A stretch of DNA of 32,000 nt from Geobacter sulfurreducens PCA (lineage in GTDB: Bacteria > Desulfobacterota > Desulfuromonadia > Geobacterales > Geobacteraceae), in contig NC_002939.5 in NCBI RefSeq assembly GCF_000007985.2, positions 90,001-122,000 of the forward strand, read 5' to 3'. Each line of letters begins with the position of its first letter. Within the stretch, counting starts at the first letter, position 1. Positions 16,782 through 24,854 of the stretch are shown one piece after another. Under the pieces are notes generated by a model. It saw only the letters and a program-made list of their open reading frames with translations. It made no database searches and was not told the origin of the DNA. The position numbers and the translations under genes were made by a program.

Positions 16782-18521
16782 GTGTCCTATCTCGTTCTCG
16801 CACGAAAGTGGCGTCCCCAGACCTTCAGCGACCTCACGGGACAGGAGCACGTCAGCCGAACCCTTCAGAACGCCATTGATTCCGGCAGGATCGCCCACGC
16901 GTTCCTCTTCACAGGGGCCCGCGGCGTCGGCAAAACCTCGTCGGCCCGGATTCTGGCCAAGGCCCTCAACTGCGAGCAGGGTATGAGTCCCGAGCCGTGC
17001 AACGTCTGTCCCGCCTGTACCGAGATCACGGCCGGCACCTCGGTCGATGTTCTTGAAATTGACGGGGCCTCCAACACCGGTGTCGACGATATTCGCGAAC
17101 TGCGGGAGAACGTCAAGTACCTTCCGTCGCGGTTGCGCTACAAGATCTTCATCATTGATGAAGTCCACATGCTCTCCACCAACGCCTTCAACGCCCTGTT
17201 GAAGACCCTGGAGGAGCCACCGCCCCACGTGAAGTTCATCTTTGCCACCACCGAGCCCCACAAGCTTCCCATCACCATACTCTCACGCTGCCAACGCTTC
17301 GATTTCCGGCGGATTCCGCTTGCAAAGGTGGTGGCCCGACTGCGTTACATCGTCGACCGTGAGGGGATTTCCATCAGCGACGAGTCCCTTGCCGTGGTGG
17401 CGCGCAAGGGAGACGGCAGCATGCGGGACTCCCTGTCGGTCCTGGACCAGGTGCTTGCCTTCTGTGGCGAGACGGTGAACGATGATGATGTGGTGAGCCT
17501 TCTGGGTGTCGTGGACCGGCGCCTGCTGCTGGAGGCGTCGGCCGCCGTTTTGGGCCGTGATACGCGCAGTGTGCTCGGGGTGGTTGCCCGGGTGGACGAA
17601 TTCGGTTACAACATGCGTCAGTTTTGCGGCGAACTTATCGACCATTTCCGCAATCTGACCATCATGAGGGCCGTGGGCGATGCGGGAGACCTGCTCGACC
17701 TCTCCGAGGCGGAGCTCCAGTCGGTTCGTGAACAGGCATCCTCGGCGCTGCTGGAGGATCTGCAGCGGCACATGACAATCCTCCTGCGGGCCGACGGCGA
17801 GTTGGCTCACTCGGGCTACCCCCGGCTGGTCCTGGAGATGGCGCTGGTTCGAATGGCGACGCTGGCGCCCCTGGTGCCGGTGGGTGAACTGCTGGACAGG
17901 CTCGGCAGAATCGAGGAGCGGGGCAGCGGTGTTGCGGCCGACGCCCGGGCGTCATGGCGCCCCTCACCCCCGCCGGAGGCCGGGGTCGCCCCTGTGCCGC
18001 GTCCGGCACCCTCTGCCCTGGCCGAACAACGACCCCGCCCCGTTCCTGCCGGGGCTGAGGCAAAGCCGCCCCCGTCGCGTAGTGACTCGCCCGTTCAGGA
18101 ACCTCGGCGGACCGGGGATGAGTGGGCCGATTTTGTTGCATTCGTCAAGGGGGCCAAGCCCCGGATCGGCACATCGCTGGAGTACGGCAGTCCGCTGCAT
18201 ATTGCCGCTGACCGCCTAGAAATCGGTTTTCCGGAAAACTCCTTTGCTCTGTCGAGCCTCCGGGACGGCGATGCGCAAGCATCTCTCAAGGCCTTGGCGG
18301 AGCGCTTCTTCTCGGCACCCATGACGGTTGCCCTCAAGGTGTTGACCGGTGAAGGCCATGCGCCTCCCAACCTGCTTGAAAAAAAAAGAGCTGAAGATGA
18401 GCAGCGCCGCACCGGCCTGAAGCGGTCGGCCGAATCCCATCCGGCGGTATCCTCGGCCCTTGAGGTCTTTGACGGAACACTCGCAGAGGTTGCCCCGCTG
18501 GGGACGCGAGGCAAGCTATAA
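16782..18521 (+). CDS. dnaX: DNA polymerase III subunit gamma/tau
   Basis: Walker [10 protein letters not shown], zinc module [16 protein letters not shown], Walker [11 protein letters not shown] and SRCQRF. A Pro/Ala-rich linker is followed by a C-terminal domain. GTG start. Confidence 0.95.
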   Translation: MSYLVLARKWRPQTFSDLTGQEHVSRTLQNAIDSGRIAHAFLFTGARGVGKTSSARILAKALNCEQGMSPEPCNVCPACTEITAGTSVDVLEIDGASNTGVDDIRELRENVKYLPSRLRYKIFIIDEVHMLSTNAFNALLKTLEEPPPHVKFIFATTEPHKLPITILSRCQRFDFRRIPLAKVVARLRYIVDREGISISDESLAVVARKGDGSMRDSLSVLDQVLAFCGETVNDDDVVSLLGVVDRRLLLEASAAVLGRDTRSVLGVVARVDEFGYNMRQFCGELIDHFRNLTIMRAVGDAGDLLDLSEAELQSVREQASSALLEDLQRHMTILLRADGELAHSGYPRLVLEMALVRMATLAPLVPVGELLDRLGRIEERGSGVAADARASWRPSPPPEAGVAPVPRPAPSALAEQRPRPVPAGAEAKPPPSRSDSPVQEPRRTGDEWADFVAFVKGAKPRIGTSLEYGSPLHIAADRLEIGFPENSFALSSLRDGDAQASLKALAERFFSAPMTVALKVLTGEGHAPPNLLEKKRAEDEQRRTGLKRSAESHPAVSSALEVFDGTLAEVAPLGTRGKL

Positions 18522-18591
18522 CCATGTTTTAGTTTCAACAAAAGTCATTGAGCGAGAGTAAATTTACATCACAGTAACAATGGAGGAGAAG

Positions 18592-18906
18592 ATGTCCAAG
18601 GGTTTGGCCGGAATCATGAAACAGGCTCAGATGATGCAACAGAAAATGGCGAAACTTCAAGAGGAAGCCGCCAATCGGACCGCCGAGGCCACCGCGGGGG
18701 GCGGCGCGGTCACCGCCGTGGTGAGTGGCAAGAATCAGATTGTTTCTCTGGCGATCAAGCCCGAGGCAGTTGATCCGGAAGATGTCGAAATGCTTCAGGA
18801 CCTGGTCGTCACGGCCGTAAATGAGGCGCTCAAGAAGGTTCAATCCCAGTTTGCCGAGGAGATGAGCAAGGTTACGGGCGGACTCAATATCCCCGGCCTG
18901 TTTTAA
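18592..18906 (+). CDS. ybaB: YbaB/EbfC-family nucleoid-associated protein
   Basis: MSKGLAGIMKQAQMMQQKMAKLQEE... is a typical YbaB N-terminus. ATG 18592 sits behind GGAGGAG, so I prefer it to the ORF-track start at 18580. Conserved dnaX-ybaB-recR order. Confidence 0.9.
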   Translation: MSKGLAGIMKQAQMMQQKMAKLQEEAANRTAEATAGGGAVTAVVSGKNQIVSLAIKPEAVDPEDVEMLQDLVVTAVNEALKKVQSQFAEEMSKVTGGLNIPGLF

Positions 18907-19017
18907 AGGGCAGTATACGCGAACTTGATTTGCTGTTCGTTTCCGGGAAAGATCGGACTTCGGACAGGCGTTCGGCGAGGGGGTTCCTCTCTGAATAAAG
19001 CCACTTGTAATTAGCAA

Positions 19018-19051
19018 TTTAGCCGAAATTTTATTTCGGCTAAATTTTTTT
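19018..19051 (+). terminator. Strong rho-independent terminator between ybaB and recR
   Basis: Perfect 11-bp stem TTTAGCCGAAA / TTTCGGCTAAA with a 5-nt loop, followed by seven T residues. Confidence 0.75.
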
Positions 19052-19094
19052 ATTAACATTATAATAAAAAAATGTTTTAAATGGCGGATAAAGT

Positions 19095-19688
19095 ATGGTA
19101 CATTTTTCAGACTCATTGTCACGGTTGCTCGCGGAACTGCAAAAGCTGCCGGGAGTTGGCGAGAAAACCGCCCTGCGCCTCGCCTTTCATCTTTTGAAAT
19201 CCCCCGACAACGCCGCTGCCCTGGCTGACAGTCTTCGGGACGTCATGTCCCGGGTGCGGTTCTGTTCCGTCTGTTTCGGCATTACCGAGGACGATCCCTG
19301 CCGGTTTTGCTCCGATGCCCGAGATGACGGTGCCATCTGCGTCGTCGAGGAACCCCAGGACCTTCTGGCCGTTGAGCGGACCCGAGCCTTCAGGGGGCGT
19401 TATCATGTGCTCCAGGGGGCGCTGTCCCCGCTCAACGGTGTTACCCCCGACCGGCTCCGCGTTGCGGAGCTCATGAAGCGGCTGGAGGGGGGAGGGGTTC
19501 GGGAAGTGGTTATTGCCACCAACTTCACCGTGGAGGGCGAAGCAACCGCGCTCTATCTGGCCAGGATGATCAAGCCCCTGGGGGTCAGGGTGACACGACT
19601 CGCCCACGGGATACCGCTCGGCAGCGATCTGGAGTTCGTGGATGCGGCCACGGTGCAGCGGGCGCTGGAAGGACGGAGCGAGCTGTAA
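19095..19688 (+). CDS. recR: Recombination protein RecR
   Basis: Helix-hairpin-helix LPGVGEKTALRLAFHLL, C4 zinc finger CSVCFGITEDDPCRFC, and Toprim segment ICVVEEPQD...VIATNFTVEGEATA. Confidence 0.95.
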   Translation: MVHFSDSLSRLLAELQKLPGVGEKTALRLAFHLLKSPDNAAALADSLRDVMSRVRFCSVCFGITEDDPCRFCSDARDDGAICVVEEPQDLLAVERTRAFRGRYHVLQGALSPLNGVTPDRLRVAELMKRLEGGGVREVVIATNFTVEGEATALYLARMIKPLGVRVTRLAHGIPLGSDLEFVDAATVQRALEGRSEL

Positions 19689-19752
19689 CAACGTTGTACT
19701 AATTCAACGCACAGATTTCGGGCTGTACGTACCTATCGCAGAGGAGGAGAGC

Positions 19753-22700
19753 ATGAGTCGCAAAATGGTAACCATCGACGGCAATACCGCGGCTGCCCAC
19801 GTGGCGCACGCCACCAACGAGGTCATTGCCATCTACCCCATTACCCCTTCGTCGGTCATGGGTGAGATTTCCGACATCAAGAGCGCCATGGGCGAGAAAA
19901 ACATCTGGGGAACCGTACCGTCGGTTGTCGAGATGCAGTCGGAAGGCGGCGCTGCCGGTGCCGTGCACGGTGCCCTCCAGGCAGGTGCGCTGACCACCAC
20001 TTTTACCGCCAGCCAGGGTCTGCTCCTGATGATCCCGAACATGTTCAAGATCGCCGGCGAGCTGACCTCTACGGTCTTCCATGTCTCCGCCCGCGCCATC
20101 GCGGCCCAGGCCCTCTCCATCTTTGGCGACCATTCGGACGTCATGTCCTGCCGTTCCACCGGTTGGGCCATGCTCTGCTCCAACAACTCCCAGGAGGTCA
20201 TGGACTTCGCCCTGATTGCCCAGTCCGCGACGCTTCGTTCCCGGGTGCCGTTCCTCCATTTCTTCGACGGCTTCCGGACCTCCCACGAGGTTCTCAAGGT
20301 GGAGGAGCTGACTTTCGACGACATGCGCGCCATGCTGGACGACGAACTGATCGCCGCCCACAAGGCCCGGGGCCTCTCTCCGGACCATCCCGTCATGCGC
20401 GGCACCGCCCAGAACCCTGACGTCTACTTCCAGGGGCGCGAGACCGTTAACCCCTTCTACCCGAAATGTATCGAGATCGTGGCAGAGGAGATGGACAAGT
20501 TCGCCAAGATCACGGGCCGCCAGTACAAGCTGGTGGACTACGTGGGCGCCCCCGACGCCGACCGGGTCATCGTCATCATGGGATCCGGCGCCGACACGGT
20601 GCAGGAGACCGTGGAGCACCTGAACACCAAGGGTGAGAAGATCGGCGTGGTGAAGGTCCACCTCTACCGGCCGTTCCCCATCGATGCCTTCATTGCCGCC
20701 CTGCCCAAGACCGTGAAGAAGATCGCGGTCCTCGACCGGACCAAGGAGCCCGGCGCCCTGGGCGAGCCCCTGTACCTGGATGTCCGCACTGCCATCGGCG
20801 AGGCCATGGCCGACGGGAAGTGCCAGTTCGACGGCTACCCGGTCATCGTGGGCGGTCGCTACGGCCTTGGTTCCAAGGAGTTCACCCCGGCCCAGGCCAA
20901 GGCGGTGTTCGATAACCTAGCCACTGCCAAGCCGCAGAACAAGTTCGTGGTCGGCATCACCGAGGACGTGACCAACAGCAGCCTCCCGTGTGATCCGTCC
21001 TTCTTCAACCCGATGGAAGGGGCCTACCAGGCCATGTTCTTCGGCCTCGGCTCCGACGGTACCGTGGGCGCCAACAAGAACTCCATCAAGATCATCGGCG
21101 AGATGACCGACAACAACGCCCAGGCCTACTTCGTCTACGACTCCAAGAAGGCCGGCTCCATGACCACCTCGCACCTGCGCTTCGGCAAGAAGTACATCAG
21201 AGCGCCGTACCTGGTGCAGGAGGCCGACTTCGTGGCCTGCCACAACTTCGCCTTCGTGGAAAAGTACGACATGCTGGCCAAGGCCAAGCAGGGTGCCACG
21301 TTCCTCCTGAACGCCCCTTACGACCACAACGAGGTGTGGGACAGGCTCCCCGCCGACATGCAGCAGCAGATCATCGACAAGAAGCTCAAGTTCTTCGTGA
21401 TCGATGGGGTACGCCTCGGCAACGAGATCGGGCTCGGTCCCCGGATCAACGTGATCATGCAGACCGCCTTCTTCAAGATATCCAACATCATCCCGCTGGA
21501 TCAGGCCATTGACGAGATCAAGGACGCTATCAAGAAAACCTATGGCAAGGCAGGCGAGAAGGTCGTGGAGATGAACTACAAGGCGGTTGAGGCCGGCCTC
21601 AACAACTTCTACGAGGTAACGGTACCGGCAACGGCAACCAGTACCCTCCAGAAGCCTCCCGTGGTCAGCGCCAGGGCCCCCCAGTTCGTGCAGGAGACCA
21701 CCGCCCCCATCATCGCCGGCCTCGGCGACGACCTGCCGGTGTCCAAGATGCCGGCCGACGGCACCTTCCCGACGGCGACCTCCCAGTTCGAAAAGCGGAA
21801 CATCGCCGTGGAGATCCCCGTGTGGGACGAGCAGCTCTGCATCCAGTGCGGCATCTGCTCCTTCGTCTGCCCCCACGCCACCATCAGGATGAAGGCCTAT
21901 GACGCCTCCGCCCTTGCCGGCGCCCCGGCAGCGTTCAAGTCGGTTGACTGCAAGATTCCCGAGTTCAAGGGGCAGAAGTTCACCATCCAGGTAGCCCCGG
22001 AAGACTGCACCGGCTGCGGCGCCTGCGTCCACAACTGCCCGGCCAAGAGTAAGGAAGACCCGAACCACAAGGCCATCAATATGGCATACCAGCCGCCCCT
22101 GCGTTCTCAAGAGGTCGAGAACTGGGACTTCTTCCTCACCATCCCGGACGTGGACCCCACCGTAGCCAAGCTGGACACGGTCCGCGGTTCCCAGTTGGTG
22201 CGGCCGCTGTTCGAATTCTCCGGCGCCTGCCTCGGCTGCGGCGAGACCCCGTACCTGAAGCTCCTGACCCAGCTCTTCGGCGACCGGACCGTCATTGCCA
22301 ACGCCACCGGCTGCTCCTCCATCTACGGCGGAAACCTGCCCACCACCCCCTATGCCCAGCGGGCCGACGGGCTTGGGCCGGCATGGTCGAACTCCCTGTT
22401 CGAGGACAACGCCGAGTTCGGCTACGGCATGCGTCTGGCCGTGGATAAATTCAACGCCATGGCCCTTGAGCTGGTCGACAAGCTTTCGTCTTCCTGCTCC
22501 TGCTCTTCCTGCACGAGCGCGGTGCCCCTCATGAACGAGATCAAGGGCGCCGACCAGTCGAGCCAGGCCGGCATCGAGGCCCAGCGGGCCCGGGTGGCGG
22601 AGCTGAAGAAGACCCTTGCTTCCTGTCCCGAGCCGGATGCCAAGCGCCTGCTCACCGTGGCCGACTACCTGGTCAAGAAGTCCGTCTGGTGCATCGGCGG

Positions 22701-23340
22701 CGACGGCTGGGCGTACGATATCGGCTACGGCGGCCTCGACCACGTCATCGCCAGCGGCAAGAACATCAATCTGCTGGTGCTCGACACCGAGGTCTACTCC
22801 AACACCGGCGGCCAGGCTTCCAAGTCGACCCCGCTGGGCGCCGTGGCCCAGTTCGCCGCCGGCGGTAAGCCGGTCTCCAAGAAGGATCTCGGCATGATGG
22901 CCATGGCCTACGGGTCGGTCTACGTGGCCACTGTCTCCCTCGCCAATCCGGCCCAGTGCATCAAGGCGTTCCTGGAGGCCGAGGCCTATGACGGTCCGTC
23001 GCTCATCATCGCCTATGCCCACTGCATCGCCCACGGCATCGACATGACCAGCGGCGTGGATGCCCAGAAGCGGGCGGTTCAGTCCGGTTACTGGCCCCTC
23101 TACCGCTATAATCCGCAGCTGGCCGCCGAGTGCAAGAACCCGCTCCAGCTCGACAGCAAGGCCCCGACCATCGCCTTTGAAGAGTACGTCAACAGCGAGA
23201 ACCGCTACCGCGTCCTCAAGAAGAACAACCCGAAAGGGTACGAGGATCTCATGAGAAAAGCGGCGGCATGGTCCAAGGCCCACTTCAGCTACTACCAGAA
23301 GCTGGCGGCCCTCAACTTCGAGGATACCTGCGAGAAGTAG
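19753..23340 (+). CDS. nifJ: Pyruvate:ferredoxin (flavodoxin) oxidoreductase, single-polypeptide type (1195 aa)
   Basis: N-terminus MVTIDGNTAAAHVAH. Ferredoxin domain CIQCGICSFVCP and CTGCGACVHNCP. TPP domain GDGWAYDIGYGGLDH. ATG 19753 sits behind GAGGAGGAG. The ORF-track start at 19642 overlaps recR and is an artefact of the open frame. Confidence 0.95.
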   Translation: MSRKMVTIDGNTAAAHVAHATNEVIAIYPITPSSVMGEISDIKSAMGEKNIWGTVPSVVEMQSEGGAAGAVHGALQAGALTTTFTASQGLLLMIPNMFKIAGELTSTVFHVSARAIAAQALSIFGDHSDVMSCRSTGWAMLCSNNSQEVMDFALIAQSATLRSRVPFLHFFDGFRTSHEVLKVEELTFDDMRAMLDDELIAAHKARGLSPDHPVMRGTAQNPDVYFQGRETVNPFYPKCIEIVAEEMDKFAKITGRQYKLVDYVGAPDADRVIVIMGSGADTVQETVEHLNTKGEKIGVVKVHLYRPFPIDAFIAALPKTVKKIAVLDRTKEPGALGEPLYLDVRTAIGEAMADGKCQFDGYPVIVGGRYGLGSKEFTPAQAKAVFDNLATAKPQNKFVVGITEDVTNSSLPCDPSFFNPMEGAYQAMFFGLGSDGTVGANKNSIKIIGEMTDNNAQAYFVYDSKKAGSMTTSHLRFGKKYIRAPYLVQEADFVACHNFAFVEKYDMLAKAKQGATFLLNAPYDHNEVWDRLPADMQQQIIDKKLKFFVIDGVRLGNEIGLGPRINVIMQTAFFKISNIIPLDQAIDEIKDAIKKTYGKAGEKVVEMNYKAVEAGLNNFYEVTVPATATSTLQKPPVVSARAPQFVQETTAPIIAGLGDDLPVSKMPADGTFPTATSQFEKRNIAVEIPVWDEQLCIQCGICSFVCPHATIRMKAYDASALAGAPAAFKSVDCKIPEFKGQKFTIQVAPEDCTGCGACVHNCPAKSKEDPNHKAINMAYQPPLRSQEVENWDFFLTIPDVDPTVAKLDTVRGSQLVRPLFEFSGACLGCGETPYLKLLTQLFGDRTVIANATGCSSIYGGNLPTTPYAQRADGLGPAWSNSLFEDNAEFGYGMRLAVDKFNAMALELVDKLSSSCSCSSCTSAVPLMNEIKGADQSSQAGIEAQRARVAELKKTLASCPEPDAKRLLTVADYLVKKSVWCIGGDGWAYDIGYGGLDHVIASGKNINLLVLDTEVYSNTGGQASKSTPLGAVAQFAAGGKPVSKKDLGMMAMAYGSVYVATVSLANPAQCIKAFLEAEAYDGPSLIIAYAHCIAHGIDMTSGVDAQKRAVQSGYWPLYRYNPQLAAECKNPLQLDSKAPTIAFEEYVNSENRYRVLKKNNPKGYEDLMRKAAAWSKAHFSYYQKLAALNFEDTCEK

Positions 23341-23361
23341 CAGTTGACCCATAACAGCCAG

Positions 23362-23400
23362 AAGGCCCCGACGGGATGAACTCGTCGGGGCCTTTGTTTT
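23362..23400 (+). terminator. Rho-independent terminator after the PFOR gene
   Basis: 11-bp GC-rich stem AGGCCCCGACG / CGTCGGGGCCT with a 9-nt loop, followed by TTTGTTTT. Confidence 0.8.
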
Positions 23401-23455
23401 AGGGGATGGGGCGGACGGTGAGGCCCCTCTTCCGGGAGGAAACTCTCGACTGATT

Positions 23456-23471
23456 TGGCCCTGATGTTGCA
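23456..23471 (+). promoter_or_regulatory. Candidate sigma54 (-24/-12) promoter upstream of mglBA
   Basis: TGGCCCTGATGTTGCA has GG and GC at the exact consensus spacing of TGGCACG-N4-TTGCA. It lies 136 nt upstream of the mglB ATG. Sequence match only. Confidence 0.35.
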
Positions 23472-23541
23472 TTGTAAACGGTTGCTGCCGGGCACGCGGC
23501 GCCTGAAAGGACGACAAGCGTCACACTGACCGTTAGAATCC

Positions 23542-23570
23542 TTGTGTGAGTGTCAAATTTTTGTTATAAC
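23542..23570 (+). promoter_or_regulatory. Candidate sigma70-type promoter upstream of mglBA (TTGTGT-17 nt-TATAAC)
   Basis: The -10 TATAAC (5/6) lies 17 nt after a weak -35 TTGTGT, about 37 nt upstream of the mglB ATG. Alternative to the sigma54-like site. Confidence 0.3.
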
Positions 23571-23606
23571 GGGCCGTCATTCCACAACCCGGTCGAGGGG
23601 TGTTTC

Positions 23607-24098
23607 ATGTCCTATCCTCAGATGGTCATGTACGACGAGGAGTTCAAGCTGATCAATGCGGTCATCGAGAAGCTTCTCCGGGAAGCCAACGCCAAGGTCA
23701 TCTTTCTGGTCGACAAGAACGGCCAGCTCATCTCGGGCGTGGGAGAAACCGAGCGGTTCGACACCACCTCGCTTGCTTCGCTCACGGCGGGCAACATCGC
23801 GGCCACGGGCGGCCTGGCCAAGCTGATCGGCGAGAAGGAGTTCTCCATCCTTTTCCACGAAGGTGAAAAGGACAACCTTCACATCTCCATCGTCGGGGGC
23901 AGGGTGATCCTGGTGGTCCTGTTCGACAACCGCTCGTCCCTGGGGCTCGTCCGGCTGAGGGTGAAGAAGGCGTCGGACGAACTGACCACCGTGTTCGACC
24001 GACTCATGAAAAAGGCTGAGGAAAAGGAGCGAAGCGGTATCCAGGAGTTTCCCTTCGCCGAGATCACCGACGACGACATCGACAATCTTTTCAGCTAG
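23607..24098 (+). CDS. mglB: MglB, Roadblock/LC7-domain GTPase-activating protein of MglA
   Basis: Roadblock/LC7-like core (VIFLVDKNGQLIS...TTSLASLTAGNIAATGGLAKL...VILVVLFDNRSSLGLVRLRVKKA). Acidic tail FAEITDDDIDNLFS, as I recall for Myxococcus MglB. Sits directly upstream of mglA. ATG 23607 preferred over GTG 23550. Confidence 0.88.
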   Translation: MSYPQMVMYDEEFKLINAVIEKLLREANAKVIFLVDKNGQLISGVGETERFDTTSLASLTAGNIAATGGLAKLIGEKEFSILFHEGEKDNLHISIVGGRVILVVLFDNRSSLGLVRLRVKKASDELTTVFDRLMKKAEEKERSGIQEFPFAEITDDDIDNLFS

Positions 24099-24116
24099 CG
24101 GCGGGGGTACGGCGCA

Positions 24117-24704
24117 ATGTCTTTCATCAACTACGCTTCGCGAGAGATAAACTGCAAAATAGTCTATTACGGCCCCGGCCTGTGCGGCAAGACCACCAAT
24201 CTCCAGTACGTCTACCAGAAGACCGCTCCGGAGGCTAAGGGGAAGATGATCAGTCTCGCCACCGAGACCGAACGGACCCTGTTCTTTGACTTCCTTCCCC
24301 TTGCCCTGGGTGAGATCAGAGGGTTCAAGACCCGGTTCCACCTCTATACGGTGCCGGGACAGGTCTTTTACGACGCATCCCGCAAGTTGATCCTCAAAGG
24401 GGTCGACGGAGTCGTTTTCGTGGCCGACTCCCAAGAGGAGCGGATGGATGCCAATATCGAGTCCCTGGAGAACCTGGCGGTTAACCTAAAGGAACAAGGG
24501 TACGATCTGGAGAAGATCCCCTTTGTGATACAGTACAACAAGCGGGATCTCCCCGGCATAGTGCCGGTTGAGGAGTTGCGCCGGGAACTCAATCACCGGA
24601 ACGTGCCCGACTTCGAGGCATGCGCAGCCACCGGCGAAGGGGTGTTCGAGACCCTCAAGGCCGTGGCCAAACTGATCCTCATCGATCTCAAAAAGGGGCG
24701 CTGA
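24117..24704 (+). CDS. mglA: MglA, Ras-like small GTPase (cell polarity/motility regulator)
   Basis: [30 protein letters not shown]-terminus. P-loop G19-T27. Switch-2 YT78VPGQ82, with Thr replacing the Ras-type Asp, which is an MglA hallmark. NKRD guanine-specificity motif. 195 aa. Confidence 0.93.
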   Translation: MSFINYASREINCKIVYYGPGLCGKTTNLQYVYQKTAPEAKGKMISLATETERTLFFDFLPLALGEIRGFKTRFHLYTVPGQVFYDASRKLILKGVDGVVFVADSQEERMDANIESLENLAVNLKEQGYDLEKIPFVIQYNKRDLPGIVPVEELRRELNHRNVPDFEACAATGEGVFETLKAVAKLILIDLKKGR

Positions 24705-24744
24705 AGCCCTCGCGGTTGGCAACCAGCCGGCAAATAACTACGAA

Positions 24745-24772
24745 AAGTCCAAGGGTTTCCTTGGGCTTTTTT
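24745..24772 (+). terminator. Rho-independent terminator after mglA
   Basis: Stem AGTCCAAGG / CCTTGGGCT (9 bp including one G-U), loop GTTT, followed by TTTTT. Confidence 0.7.
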
Positions 24773-24854
24773 CGTTGTGCGGAGCCGAACATTAGCGCTA
24801 CTATGGGCTCCGGCGACAGCTACCAAAGCGGACGGACAGCCCGGCAGGAGAGCG

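Noticed and set aside
18535-19122. 195-aa minus-strand ORF spanning ybaB (antisense) and the AT-rich spacer
   Set aside because: It overlaps a well-supported ybaB gene and a plus-strand terminator. Its translation is low-complexity and reflects AT-rich sequence with a chance lack of stops.
19642-19752. ORF-track N-terminal extension of the PFOR gene, overlapping the 3' end of recR
   Set aside because: The extension has no homology-like sequence. The ATG at 19753 has a GAGGAGGAG SD and gives the canonical MSRKMVTIDGN N-terminus.
20917-23517. 866-aa ORF on the minus strand, antisense to the PFOR gene
   Set aside because: Its composition is low-complexity and rich in G/A/R/L/V/D. It lies entirely opposite a gene with unambiguous PFOR motifs. 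Long stop-free antisense frames are expected at this G+C.
24717-24732. Second sigma54-like string, TGGCAACCAGCCGGCA, downstream of mglA
   Set aside because: The -12 element is CGGC rather than TTGC. The site also lies upstream of the mglA terminator hairpin, so transcripts starting there would run straight into it.
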